Shown here one piece after another: positions 48,504 to 56,783 of a DNA stretch of 64,000 bases. Position 1 is the stretch's first letter, and the number at the start of each line of letters is the position of its first letter. The DNA lies in assembly GCA_045580345.1 (NCBI GenBank), contig JAZNNO010000026.1, positions 13,562 through 77,561 of the forward strand. The letters run 5' to 3'. Source of the DNA: Faecousia sp. GTDB lineage: Bacteria; Bacillota; Clostridia; Oscillospirales; Oscillospiraceae. The position numbers were made by a program, and so were the translations under genes. The notes beneath the pieces are model-generated. The model searched no databases and was not told where the DNA came from. It worked only from the letters and a program-made list of their open reading frames with translations.

Positions 48504-49964
48504 TTAACGCCCGCAAATACGGGTCAGATTTTTTATTTTCTCTGCTAATGGCTCGGTAATAAAACCTTCTTTTGCCCGCCAGGTCCAATTATTACCAAAA
48601 GTTCCGGGGAAATTCATCCGAGCCTCTTCTCCCAAGCCCAAATAGTCTTGCATCTGCACCACTGCCAAATCAGCAACGCTTGCCATGCATAGGCAGATCA
48701 TCCCCCACACCGGGTCTTTGGGCTGCCCCATATAGTCTATGGCGCGGGAGGTTGTTTCCGTTCCTGCTTCGGCAAACCACTGGGCAAGGGGCATATTGTC
48801 GTGAGTGCCGGTGTAGCAGACGGAATTTTTTATATGATTATAGGGCAAATAGGCATTGTTTCCGTCCCCATCAAAAGCAAATTCCAGCACTTTCATACCG
48901 GGTAAATTCGCCTCATCCCGTAGTTTATGGACATCCGGGGTCAAAAATCCCAGGTCTTCCGCGATCAGCGCTGTATCCGGCAAGGCCGCTTTCACCGCCT
49001 GCAGGAAGTCAATACCAGGGCCTTTCAGCCACTGACCCTCCCGGGCATTTTCTGCCCCGTAGGGGATGGCATAGTAACCGGCAAAGCCGCGGAAATGGTC
49101 AATGCGGATCACATCATAAAGCTTAGCAGCCTGTTTTAATCTGCGAAGCCACCAGCGGTAGCCATCCTTTTTATGAGTTTCCCACCGGTACAAGGGGTTA
49201 CCCCAAAGCTGACCGTCTTCACTGAAATAATCCGGGGGACACCCGGCAACAGCGGTGGGTGTCAACGTTTCGTCCAAGCTGAAATAGTGGGGCTCACTCC
49301 ACACTTCCACGGAATCATAAGGCACATAAATGGGTACATCTCCAATGATGGAAATGCCCAAATTGTGGCAGTACGCTCGCAGCTGTTCCCACTGGGTAAA
49401 AAACAGGTACTGGACAAACAGGTAGAATTTGATCTCCTTGTTCAGTTCCCGGAAGGATCCGTTTACCGCATATCCATCACGGCATTTCAGTTTTTCCGGC
49501 CATTCATACCAAGGCTTGCCGCCAAATTGGTCTTTGAGCGCCATATAATGGGCAAATTCCGCAAGCCAGCTTTCGTTTTTGGCACAAAACTCGGTAAGGG
49601 CATCTTCGTCCCGGAACCGGGCATAGGCCTTCCGCAAAAGACCCAATCGGTTTACATAAAGTAGGCCAAAGTCCACTTTTGCAGCTGTTTCGCCCCAGTT
49701 GCAGGCATCGATCTCCCCTTGTTCCAGCAAGCCTTGCTCTACCAGCAGATCCAAATCAATGAGATAGGGATTGCCTGCGAAGGCGCTGCAGGACTGGTAG
49801 GGAGAATCTCCGTAGCCGGTAGGCGTCAAAGGCAAGACCTGCCAATACTTTTGCCCGGCCTTATGGAGGAAGTCCGCAAAGCGATAAGCCTGCTTTCCCA
49901 TCGTGCCCACACCGTAAGGTCCGGGCAGAGAGGTAATATGCATCAAAATCCCGCTTCCCCGCAA
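48504..49964 (-). CDS. malQ: 4-alpha-glucanotransferase (GH77)
   Basis: RGSGILMHITSLP, GDSPYQ, GQLWGNPLY, RIDHFRG, AEDLG, YTGTHDN; TTG start after GGGGGAG. Confidence 0.95.
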   Translation of the reverse strand: MRGSGILMHITSLPGPYGVGTMGKQAYRFADFLHKAGQKYWQVLPLTPTGYGDSPYQSCSAFAGNPYLIDLDLLVEQGLLEQGEIDACNWGETAAKVDFGLLYVNRLGLLRKAYARFRDEDALTEFCAKNESWLAEFAHYMALKDQFGGKPWYEWPEKLKCRDGYAVNGSFRELNKEIKFYLFVQYLFFTQWEQLRAYCHNLGISIIGDVPIYVPYDSVEVWSEPHYFSLDETLTPTAVAGCPPDYFSEDGQLWGNPLYRWETHKKDGYRWWLRRLKQAAKLYDVIRIDHFRGFAGYYAIPYGAENAREGQWLKGPGIDFLQAVKAALPDTALIAEDLGFLTPDVHKLRDEANLPGMKVLEFAFDGDGNNAYLPYNHIKNSVCYTGTHDNMPLAQWFAEAGTETTSRAIDYMGQPKDPVWGMICLCMASVADLAVVQMQDYLGLGEEARMNFPGTFGNNWTWRAKEGFITEPLAEKIKNLTRICGR

Positions 49965-49993
49965 CTGACTCCCCCCTATCCGAAATCTCTCAC

Positions 49994-50092
49994 AAAGCAG
50001 TGTATGGCAAAACAGCCTCAATGGTTCCGGGCTGGAAAAGTATTGCCATTACAGCATTTTTCATACTTTTTCACCTTTGCCTATACCTGTTT
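49994..50092 (-). ncRNA. Candidate structured 5' leader of malQ-glgP (three-way junction)
   Basis: Three helices and a possible loop-loop pairing read by eye; lies downstream of TTGACA-17-TACTCT. Confidence 0.4.
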
Positions 50093-50202
50093 AGAGTAAT
50101 ATGTTTTTGGCGTTTTGTCAAGAAAAACAGCGGCGCTTTCGTAATTTTCGCCATTTTCGCAAAACTCCGGGGATTTCACGGCAAAAATGTAGAAAAAACG
50201 AC

Positions 50203-50233
50203 AAAAACGGATCTGTAAAACAGACCCGTTTTT
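50203..50233 (-). terminator. Terminator after the acyltransferase gene
   Basis: AAAAACGGATCTG-TAAAA-CAGACCCGTTTTT. Confidence 0.75.
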
Positions 50234-50260
50234 GGAAAAATATATGTATTTGCTTACTTT

Positions 50261-51352
50261 TTATCGCAATATATAGCCGTAGCCGTTATAGAGTGTCTGG
50301 CCGGCTTTGACCCGCTCCAGGAACTTCCTCTGGAAATCATTTTTCGGTACCAATTCATCCAGCGGTCCAATCGTGGGCGTACCGAAAACATGCCAAAACA
50401 GGGAGTATCCATTGACGGTGGTAACCACAATGCGGAACCGCTTCTGGAAACGGACAATATTGGATTCCGGATTCAAAAATTCCTTGATGTCGGTGTTCAG
50501 CAGCCAGGAGCTGCAAACATAGGCCTTAAAATCTACATCCGCATAATGGTCGGCAAAGAACTTGTCCGCAAGGGCAAAGGCCTCGTCGATCAGATCCGGC
50601 GTCATTCTGCCATCGGCAGGAATGTGGACAGAGAGCACATCGTCGCCGGTTTGCAGTACCTTTTCATAGTCAGAAACCTTGATGGTGATGGGGGTATTGG
50701 AAAAATTGCCATTTTCGTCAAAGGTAAAGCACTCCATAGTGTCTCCGTCCTGCCGGATATACGGCTCAAACAACTCCCCGGTATAGGTGGATGGGGGCCG
50801 TTTGCCGGTGGGCATATACTGGAATCCGGGGAGGGCAACAGAAAGCATCTGTCCGGTTTGCTTATTCCGGTAAACCTCAAAGGCGCTGTTGAATTTGGTG
50901 ATCTCAAACAAGAGTCTTCCGATCCGGTACTCCAGCGGTATCAAATGATTGACCATAGAGTAACGGTGCAGACCCCGCAGGCCGTAGCTGCCGTATTGAG
51001 TCTTGCTTTTCTCCAGGGATTCTTTGTATTTTTTCAATGCGCCGAGCTTATAGGAGCTGGGTATGCCCCGCTGACCCAGCACTTCATCCATCCGCTCATA
51101 GCGGGCCAGGAACAGCACCGCAAACAGAAAACCTTCTTCTTTCCCGTCCTTTTCCGGCAGGGCCTCCACCTGGGCCAAGGTATACTTTTTGTTGTCAAAA
51201 ATATCATCATGGTAGGTCTGGATCAGCTCCAGCAGATCCTCCCGCTCCCGCAGAAATGCCAGGTAGTCAGCCAAAGCCTTTTCCTGCTCCGGCGTAAATT
51301 CATAGCTGGGCAGCTTTTTATGCAGTTCTTTTACGGTAGAGATCAGTTCCAT
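50261..51352 (-). CDS. Acyltransferase-domain protein (NAT_N/GNAT_C, DUF5596-like)
   Basis: RIGRLLFE, VLSVHIP, CSSWLL..L.PESNIVRFQKRF. Confidence 0.75.
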   Translation of the reverse strand: MELISTVKELHKKLPSYEFTPEQEKALADYLAFLREREDLLELIQTYHDDIFDNKKYTLAQVEALPEKDGKEEGFLFAVLFLARYERMDEVLGQRGIPSSYKLGALKKYKESLEKSKTQYGSYGLRGLHRYSMVNHLIPLEYRIGRLLFEITKFNSAFEVYRNKQTGQMLSVALPGFQYMPTGKRPPSTYTGELFEPYIRQDGDTMECFTFDENGNFSNTPITIKVSDYEKVLQTGDDVLSVHIPADGRMTPDLIDEAFALADKFFADHYADVDFKAYVCSSWLLNTDIKEFLNPESNIVRFQKRFRIVVTTVNGYSLFWHVFGTPTIGPLDELVPKNDFQRKFLERVKAGQTLYNGYGYILR

Positions 51353-53586
51353 AGTTCTTCCTCCTTGAGAAGATCATCAATTGTTGTGTATAGGTCACTG
51401 GGTTCAGCGGGATGCATATTCTTAAGGGGCAGCGCCTTAAATGCATCGAAGATCTTTTCGCGTTCCGCCAGGAAATCTTCCGCGGGAACGGCTGCACCCT
51501 TTTCGGATTTTTCTGCCCAGGCAGCCAGCACATCCGCCTCCTTGGTGTAGACGAATGCCACCAGCTCATAGGCCGCGGTGCGGCAATAGTCATTGAGGAT
51601 ATTATCCTTGAGGGCATCCTCGAAATAGGGATTGACCTTCCGGTTCTTTCCCTGGTGGCACAGGGTCTCATACATAGAATAGTCGCTGTGGGCAGAGAGC
51701 ACCCGGGCAAAGCCCTCCAGCAATTTCCTGTTGGCGGCAAATTTGGCAACAGCTGCATCCTTTTCGCCTTCTGCCAGGGTAATGCAGGCATCTATGTAGT
51801 CGATATGGAGCTTTTGGGTCAGCGCAGAGCGGATCAGGTCCACACAATCCCGCAAAACAAATCTGGCTTCCAACACATCCTTAGGCAGCGCCTTGATTTT
51901 TTCCAAAAGGGCTACGATCTGCTTATTGTAAGGCTTTTGCTCTGCCACCACTTTGGACCATTTCTCCATAGCCTTTTCGTGGTTAGGATGGTTGACATCT
52001 GCTAAGCTTCGGATAATGCCGCTTTTCAGCAGGTTGAATACACAGCTGGTATAGTCGATATCCGCCAAATTCAGCATGGGCACAAAGCTCTGCCAAATGT
52101 CATCCATTACCTCGGCATTTTCTCCATAGCGGTTTTGGCACATAGTACTTGCCACCTGGCTGATGCTGCGACCGGTGGGTTTCCATGCATTTTCTGCAAA
52201 GTAGGCGAGCATCAAAGTATCGCTGTGGGACATCTCCGGCCAAAAGTCCATACCCTTACAGCAGGGATCGGCATCGGCCTGGGCGATCTTCTTTTCGATA
52301 AAATCATAGTCGCCGTGGGTATTGGTCTGAGGCATATAGCCGTGGAACAGGCCAAAGATCCAGGGGAAATTGCCCATTATGCCCCACTTGTCCATATTGC
52401 TCTTTTCAAATTTCAGATCGACTGTATAATCCAGGATCAGGGTATTGTCCGGGTCGAACATCTTGACGATTTCCTGCACTTCCTCCGGGGTCAAGCGGAA
52501 GTAGAAATCCCAAGCGGCGATCAGCACCTTGGCATTGGGGTGATTTTCGTGGATATGGGTCAAAAACCGCTTGTAGGCAAACTTTTTCAGCTCCAGATTT
52601 TTCTTGGGGTCGTCGCTGAATTTCCGCTCAGCCAAACCGATGGTATGGAACAGATCGGGCCTGCCGTATTCTTTCACACTGGCCTCGGTGAGCTTCATAT
52701 AATTTTCTACATTTTTATCATCGAATATATCCCAAACCTGGCCTGTCTGCTCGGAATATGTAGAGCTTACCTGGCTCATAAGGGTGGGCTTTTCCGCCTC
52801 CAAAAACTTCACGGGGGTACGGGAGTACCAGTGGGTCATGGTGCCGAAATCCTCCGGGTGCATCAGATCGTGCTGGAAGGCATAGTCCATCACCTTTTTC
52901 CGAAGCTGACCCCGATACTGCAGCGGCCAGGCGGTGGTGCGGTTATTATAGCCTGTACCGGCACCAGGCAATTTCTCATCCTCGGGAGGATAGGGTACGA
53001 TATCCGGAAAGGCCTTTTGGAAGATATCGTCCATACCGATGCGGAGCATAAAGGTATTAAGTCGGGCTTTTACCAGCCAATCGATCTCCCGCTTCCATTC
53101 CTCCCAGTCCCAGTGCTCCGCCTGGAATCGGGTCAAGCCCCGGTGGGCAAAGTAGCGGATAGCCCGGTACTGAAACCGGGGGCTCTCAACAATATGCAAA
53201 TCGGTAATGTCGATGGTGTCTTTATGGGGGATCACATCGCCATCCCAAAAATAGTGGCAACCGGCTCTGCGCTCGAAGAAATCGTACACACCGTATAAGG
53301 TAGAACGGCCCCGGCCGCCGGCAATAAACAAAAAGTTCCGGCCTCCCTCTTTCTGAGAGATGATGCAGTAATCGTCGGTGCCGCTGCGGACAGGAAATCC
53401 CCCATCCAGCTTGGCGAAGGCAAAGGGCTGCACATCATCTGCGCCGATGACCACCATATCCTCCGTATCACTGGGGGTAGTCTTGACAGAAAGCTCTGTG
53501 CCGGTGATTTGGGCATACAGATCCCGGAAAATCTCAGCCGCTTTTTTGTAAGCAGGGCCACCTGCCTTGGGTGCCAAAATAAACAT
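51343..53586 (-). CDS. Divergent GH89-like alpha-N-acetylglucosaminidase protein
   Basis: N-terminal GH20b/GH67-like domain (GGRGRSTLYGVYDF), then PRFQYR..WDWEEWKREIDWL..LN; no signal peptide. Confidence 0.65.
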   Translation of the reverse strand: MFILAPKAGGPAYKKAAEIFRDLYAQITGTELSVKTTPSDTEDMVVIGADDVQPFAFAKLDGGFPVRSGTDDYCIISQKEGGRNFLFIAGGRGRSTLYGVYDFFERRAGCHYFWDGDVIPHKDTIDITDLHIVESPRFQYRAIRYFAHRGLTRFQAEHWDWEEWKREIDWLVKARLNTFMLRIGMDDIFQKAFPDIVPYPPEDEKLPGAGTGYNNRTTAWPLQYRGQLRKKVMDYAFQHDLMHPEDFGTMTHWYSRTPVKFLEAEKPTLMSQVSSTYSEQTGQVWDIFDDKNVENYMKLTEASVKEYGRPDLFHTIGLAERKFSDDPKKNLELKKFAYKRFLTHIHENHPNAKVLIAAWDFYFRLTPEEVQEIVKMFDPDNTLILDYTVDLKFEKSNMDKWGIMGNFPWIFGLFHGYMPQTNTHGDYDFIEKKIAQADADPCCKGMDFWPEMSHSDTLMLAYFAENAWKPTGRSISQVASTMCQNRYGENAEVMDDIWQSFVPMLNLADIDYTSCVFNLLKSGIIRSLADVNHPNHEKAMEKWSKVVAEQKPYNKQIVALLEKIKALPKDVLEARFVLRDCVDLIRSALTQKLHIDYIDACITLAEGEKDAAVAKFAANRKLLEGFARVLSAHSDYSMYETLCHQGKNRKVNPYFEDALKDNILNDYCRTAAYELVAFVYTKEADVLAAWAEKSEKGAAVPAEDFLAEREKIFDAFKALPLKNMHPAEPSDLYTTIDDLLKEEELWN

Positions 53587-53693
53587 AGGCATTCCCCTTT
53601 CAAAGTCGTTCTTAGAAGAATTATACCATTATCTGCTCCTATGGGCAACCTAAAAAACAACAGAAAAGGTTCAATTTTTAACTATAACTATAC

Positions 53694-53726
53694 AAAAAAC
53701 CTGCGAACACAAGTTCGCAGGTTTTT
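53694..53726 (-). terminator. Intrinsic terminator after msmX
   Basis: AAAAACCTGCGAAC-ACAA-GTTCGCAGGTTTTT. Confidence 0.88.
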
Positions 53727-53739
53727 CTTATTAAGTAAA

Positions 53740-54939
53740 TTAGGCTTCCAGGTTGATGCCGGTGTCCTTGCTGAACACGTGGCAGTTGTGGCCGCCGAAG
53801 TCGAAGGTCACCTTGGTGCCGGACTTCATTGCAGCAACCTCTGCTTCGCTCATGTCCATGGTGGAAACAACAGCGACAACGTCCTTGCCGTAAGCGTTCA
53901 TGTGCAGGTGGACGGAAGAACCCATCATTTCGTGCACGTCGATCTCAGCCTCAACGCCCTTGTCGCCCAGAGTGATGTGCTCGGGACGGACACCCAGGGT
54001 GATAGCCTGCTCTTCGACCTTGTTAGCAGTCAGGGCAGCCTGCTTCTCATCGCTCAGCACAACAGTGTGGCCGTGCAGCTCGATAGCGTACTTGCCATCA
54101 ACCTTGACCAGCTTGGACTCGAAGAAGTTCATCTGAGGTGCGCCGATAAAGCCGGCGACGAACAGGTTGTAGGGGTGGTTGAACACTTCCTGAGGAGTGC
54201 CGATCTGCTGGATGAAGCCGTCCTTCATGATGACGATACGGTCGCCCAGAGTCATAGCCTCGGTCTGGTCGTGGGTAACGTAGATAAAGGTGGTATCGAT
54301 ACGCTTGCGGAGCTTGATGATCTCAGCACGCATCTGGTTACGCAGCTTGGCGTCCAAGTTGGACAGAGGTTCGACCATCAGGAAGACCTTGGGGTCACGG
54401 ACGATAGCACGACCGATAGCCACACGCTGACGCTGACCGCCGGACAGAGCCTTGGGCTTACGGTTCAGGTACTCGGTGATCTCCAGGATCTCAGCAGCCT
54501 GCTTAACCTTCTTGTCGATCTCGCCCTTGGGAACCTTGCGGAGCTTCAGAGCGAAAGCCATGTTATCATAAACAGTCATGTGGGGGTACAGAGCGTAGTT
54601 CTGGAAGACCATTGCGATATCGCGGTCCTTAGGAGCTACATCATTGACGATCTTGTCGTCGATGATCAGTTCGCCCTCAGTGATCTCTTCCAAACCGGCG
54701 ACCATACGCAGAGTGGTGGACTTACCACAGCCGGAAGGACCGACCAAAACGATAAATTCCTTGTCTGCGATCTCCAGGTTGAACTCCTGAACAGCCACGA
54801 CGCCCTTGTCGGTAATCTGCAGATTGACCTTGGTGCTGACGCCTTCGGTGTTCTTCTTGTTCTTCTTTCTGGACTTCTTCTCTTCGTCGCCCAGGTAGGG
54901 GTAGATCTTCTTGACGTTTTTCAGAACAACAGTTGCCAT
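53740..54939 (-). CDS. msmX: Orphan sugar ABC transporter ATPase (MsmX/MalK/UgpC family)
   Basis: GPSGCGKST, RDIAMVFQNYALYPHM, LSGGQRQRVA, YVTHDQTEAM, GVRPEH; Walker B reads VFLMVE; Lys-rich N-terminal insertion. Confidence 0.9.
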   Translation of the reverse strand: MATVVLKNVKKIYPYLGDEEKKSRKKNKKNTEGVSTKVNLQITDKGVVAVQEFNLEIADKEFIVLVGPSGCGKSTTLRMVAGLEEITEGELIIDDKIVNDVAPKDRDIAMVFQNYALYPHMTVYDNMAFALKLRKVPKGEIDKKVKQAAEILEITEYLNRKPKALSGGQRQRVAIGRAIVRDPKVFLMVEPLSNLDAKLRNQMRAEIIKLRKRIDTTFIYVTHDQTEAMTLGDRIVIMKDGFIQQIGTPQEVFNHPYNLFVAGFIGAPQMNFFESKLVKVDGKYAIELHGHTVVLSDEKQAALTANKVEEQAITLGVRPEHITLGDKGVEAEIDVHEMMGSSVHLHMNAYGKDVVAVVSTMDMSEAEVAAMKSGTKVTFDFGGHNCHVFSKDTGINLEA

Positions 54940-55117
54940 AACTTCTCGACTCTAAACATACCGACTCCTCGCGTATGCTCTCACTGCCGGCGTAAAAATG
55001 TCCGGTCAGCATTACGACAGGTCTCCACACTGCCGCACCGTGAGTCAAACGGATAAATTTCCTCCTTTTTTTACGTCACGGACTTAATTTTGTGGAGTTA
55101 AGGCCGTGCGATGGGAT
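54940..55117 (-). ncRNA. Highly structured 5' leader RNA of msmX (5 helices, 2 pseudoknots)
   Basis: P1 55077-55108; P2 55042-55048/54946-54952 enclosing P3, P4 and P5; perfect 7-bp and 8-bp long-range pairings. Confidence 0.65.
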
Positions 55118-55123
55118 GGTAGT

Positions 55124-55152
55124 ATGATAGCACAGATTTCCTGCGCAGTCAA
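55124..55152 (-). promoter_or_regulatory. SigA promoter of msmX
   Basis: TTGACT-17-TATCAT with extended TG. Confidence 0.7.
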
Positions 55153-55196
55153 CTGTTAGTTTTCACAGAACTTGGCAAAATTTTTGTGCATTGTGC

Positions 55197-56480
55197 TTAT
55201 TTTACGGTGAAACCTCCGTTTTCTGTCACTTTCAGGGTGATACCATAGTAAGCGGTCATTGCCTTTTGCAGGTAGGTCACATCCTGCACGCCTGCAGTTT
55301 CATAGCAGGAGTGCATGGCCAGCTGGGCAAGACCGATGTCCACACTGGGCACTGCCACCTGGCGCAGGGAGATATTGCCCAAGGTAGAGCCACCGGCAAT
55401 GTCTGCCCGGTTGCAGTAGGTCTGCACAGGCACATCGGCCTTTTGGCAGACCTTACGGAAGATGGCGGCGGACTGACCGTCGGTGGTGTACTTCTGATTG
55501 GCATTGAACTTGATCACCACGCCGCCGTTCAGCACGGGAGCATTATTCCCATCGGACAGCTCCGGGTGGTTGGGATGGAGGGCGTGACCGTTATCTGCCG
55601 ACACTAAGAAGGATTTTGCCTTCTGACAGCTTTCTTCCAGGTTAAGCTCCCGGCAGATCCGGGACAAAGCACTTTCCATAAAGTCTGCGGCTGCGCCTTG
55701 GTAAGAACCGGAACCCACCTCCTCGCTGTCAAAGACAGCCAGCACGGGAATGTTGGGGGTCTCCCCTGCCTTCAGGAAGCCTTGTGTACAGGCCCAGGCG
55801 CATTCCAGGTCGTCAATGGCAGGCGCAGAGAAGAATTCCTCCTCCAAGCCCCAAACAGAAGTTTCCTGCCGCACATACAGGTAAAGATCGTGGCCCAGTA
55901 CCTTGCCGCCGGCCAATTCTTCCAACTCCTGCCAGAACTTGTCCCCGGTATCCTTGCCACCCAGCAGCGGAATGGTGTCCACCGCCAAATTCCAGGCATA
56001 GCCTTCGTTGATCTTCCGGTTCATATGAATAGCCACATTGGGAATCAGCAGCAGATCCCGGCCAAAATCCACCAGGCGGTTCTCAACACCCTCTTCGGTT
56101 TCCACTGTCACCCGGCCAGCCACGGACAGAGGCCTGTCCAGCCAGGGGGAGATGATCGCGCCGCCGTATTTTTCCACTGCCAGGCGGGTATACGCACCTG
56201 CTAAAATGCCGTTTTCTTTCACCTTAAAACAGGGCCGGTCTGTGTGGCTGGCGCTGATCAGAAAGCCCTCCGGTGCTGCCTTGGGCAGTCGGAATGCCAA
56301 AACTGCGCTGCCGCCACGGGTCAGATAGTATTTCCCCCCGGGGACAAGCTCCCAGGCTTTATCCTCCTGCAGACGGGTATAGCCCGCTTTCCGAAGTTCT
56401 GCTTCCAAAGCCGCCGTAGCATGGTAAACGCTGTGGGCGCTGTTCAAAAATTGGGCTAACGCTTTCATATTCTTGTCCAT
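55197..56480 (-). CDS. M18 family aminopeptidase (ApeB/aspartyl aminopeptidase-like)
   Basis: ASHTDRP, VEKYGG..WLDRPLSVAGR, IPNVAIHMNR, DSEEVGS, HALHPN, GGSTLG, LAMHS. Confidence 0.92.
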   Translation of the reverse strand: MDKNMKALAQFLNSAHSVYHATAALEAELRKAGYTRLQEDKAWELVPGGKYYLTRGGSAVLAFRLPKAAPEGFLISASHTDRPCFKVKENGILAGAYTRLAVEKYGGAIISPWLDRPLSVAGRVTVETEEGVENRLVDFGRDLLLIPNVAIHMNRKINEGYAWNLAVDTIPLLGGKDTGDKFWQELEELAGGKVLGHDLYLYVRQETSVWGLEEEFFSAPAIDDLECAWACTQGFLKAGETPNIPVLAVFDSEEVGSGSYQGAAADFMESALSRICRELNLEESCQKAKSFLVSADNGHALHPNHPELSDGNNAPVLNGGVVIKFNANQKYTTDGQSAAIFRKVCQKADVPVQTYCNRADIAGGSTLGNISLRQVAVPSVDIGLAQLAMHSCYETAGVQDVTYLQKAMTAYYGITLKVTENGGFTVK

Positions 56481-56500
56481 ACGAATCCTCCTCTGGTTTT

Positions 56501-56540
56501 GGAGATTGCCACACCAGTCTGCGGACTGGTTCGCAATGAC
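56501..56540. repeat. Dispersed palindromic element GGAGATTGCCAC...TCGCAATGAC
   Basis: Same terminal words as 63108-63204; internal hairpin ACCAGTC-TGCG-GACTGGT. Confidence 0.7.
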
Positions 56541-56599
56541 ACAGTTATATTATATGATTTCCACTCTTTCGTCAACCGGACCTCAAAAAGTTTTCCACA

Positions 56600-56725
56600 G
56601 GTCGAAATCCGTCGAAATGTTCCGTTTTTACCGAGTTTATATATAATTTGTCGTTTTTTGTCGAGCAATTGTTTTTATTTTTCCTTGCAAAAAGTGAAAG
56701 GATATGCTAAATTATATTTGTCGCA
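56600..56725 (+). promoter_or_regulatory. spo0A regulatory region with 0A-box-like sites and SigA promoter
   Basis: GGTCGAA, CGTCGAA, TGTCGTT, TGTCGAG, TGTCGCA (consensus TGNCGAA); TTGCAA-17-TAAATT at 56685-56713. Confidence 0.55.
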
Positions 56726-56783
56726 ACTTAGGTAGGCTTTCTACCAAAAAGGGGAATATCTTCAAAAGTCAGGAGAGGAATTT

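Noticed and set aside
54722-55048. 108-aa TTG-initiated ORF overlapping the msmX leader and start
   Set aside because: Out of frame with msmX, SD spacing of 12 nt, no protein features; kept only as an alternative mechanism in the leader finding
13247-56480. Two M18 aminopeptidases and two NSS transporters in one window
   Set aside because: Divergent ancient paralogs common in Clostridia; no sign of recent duplication
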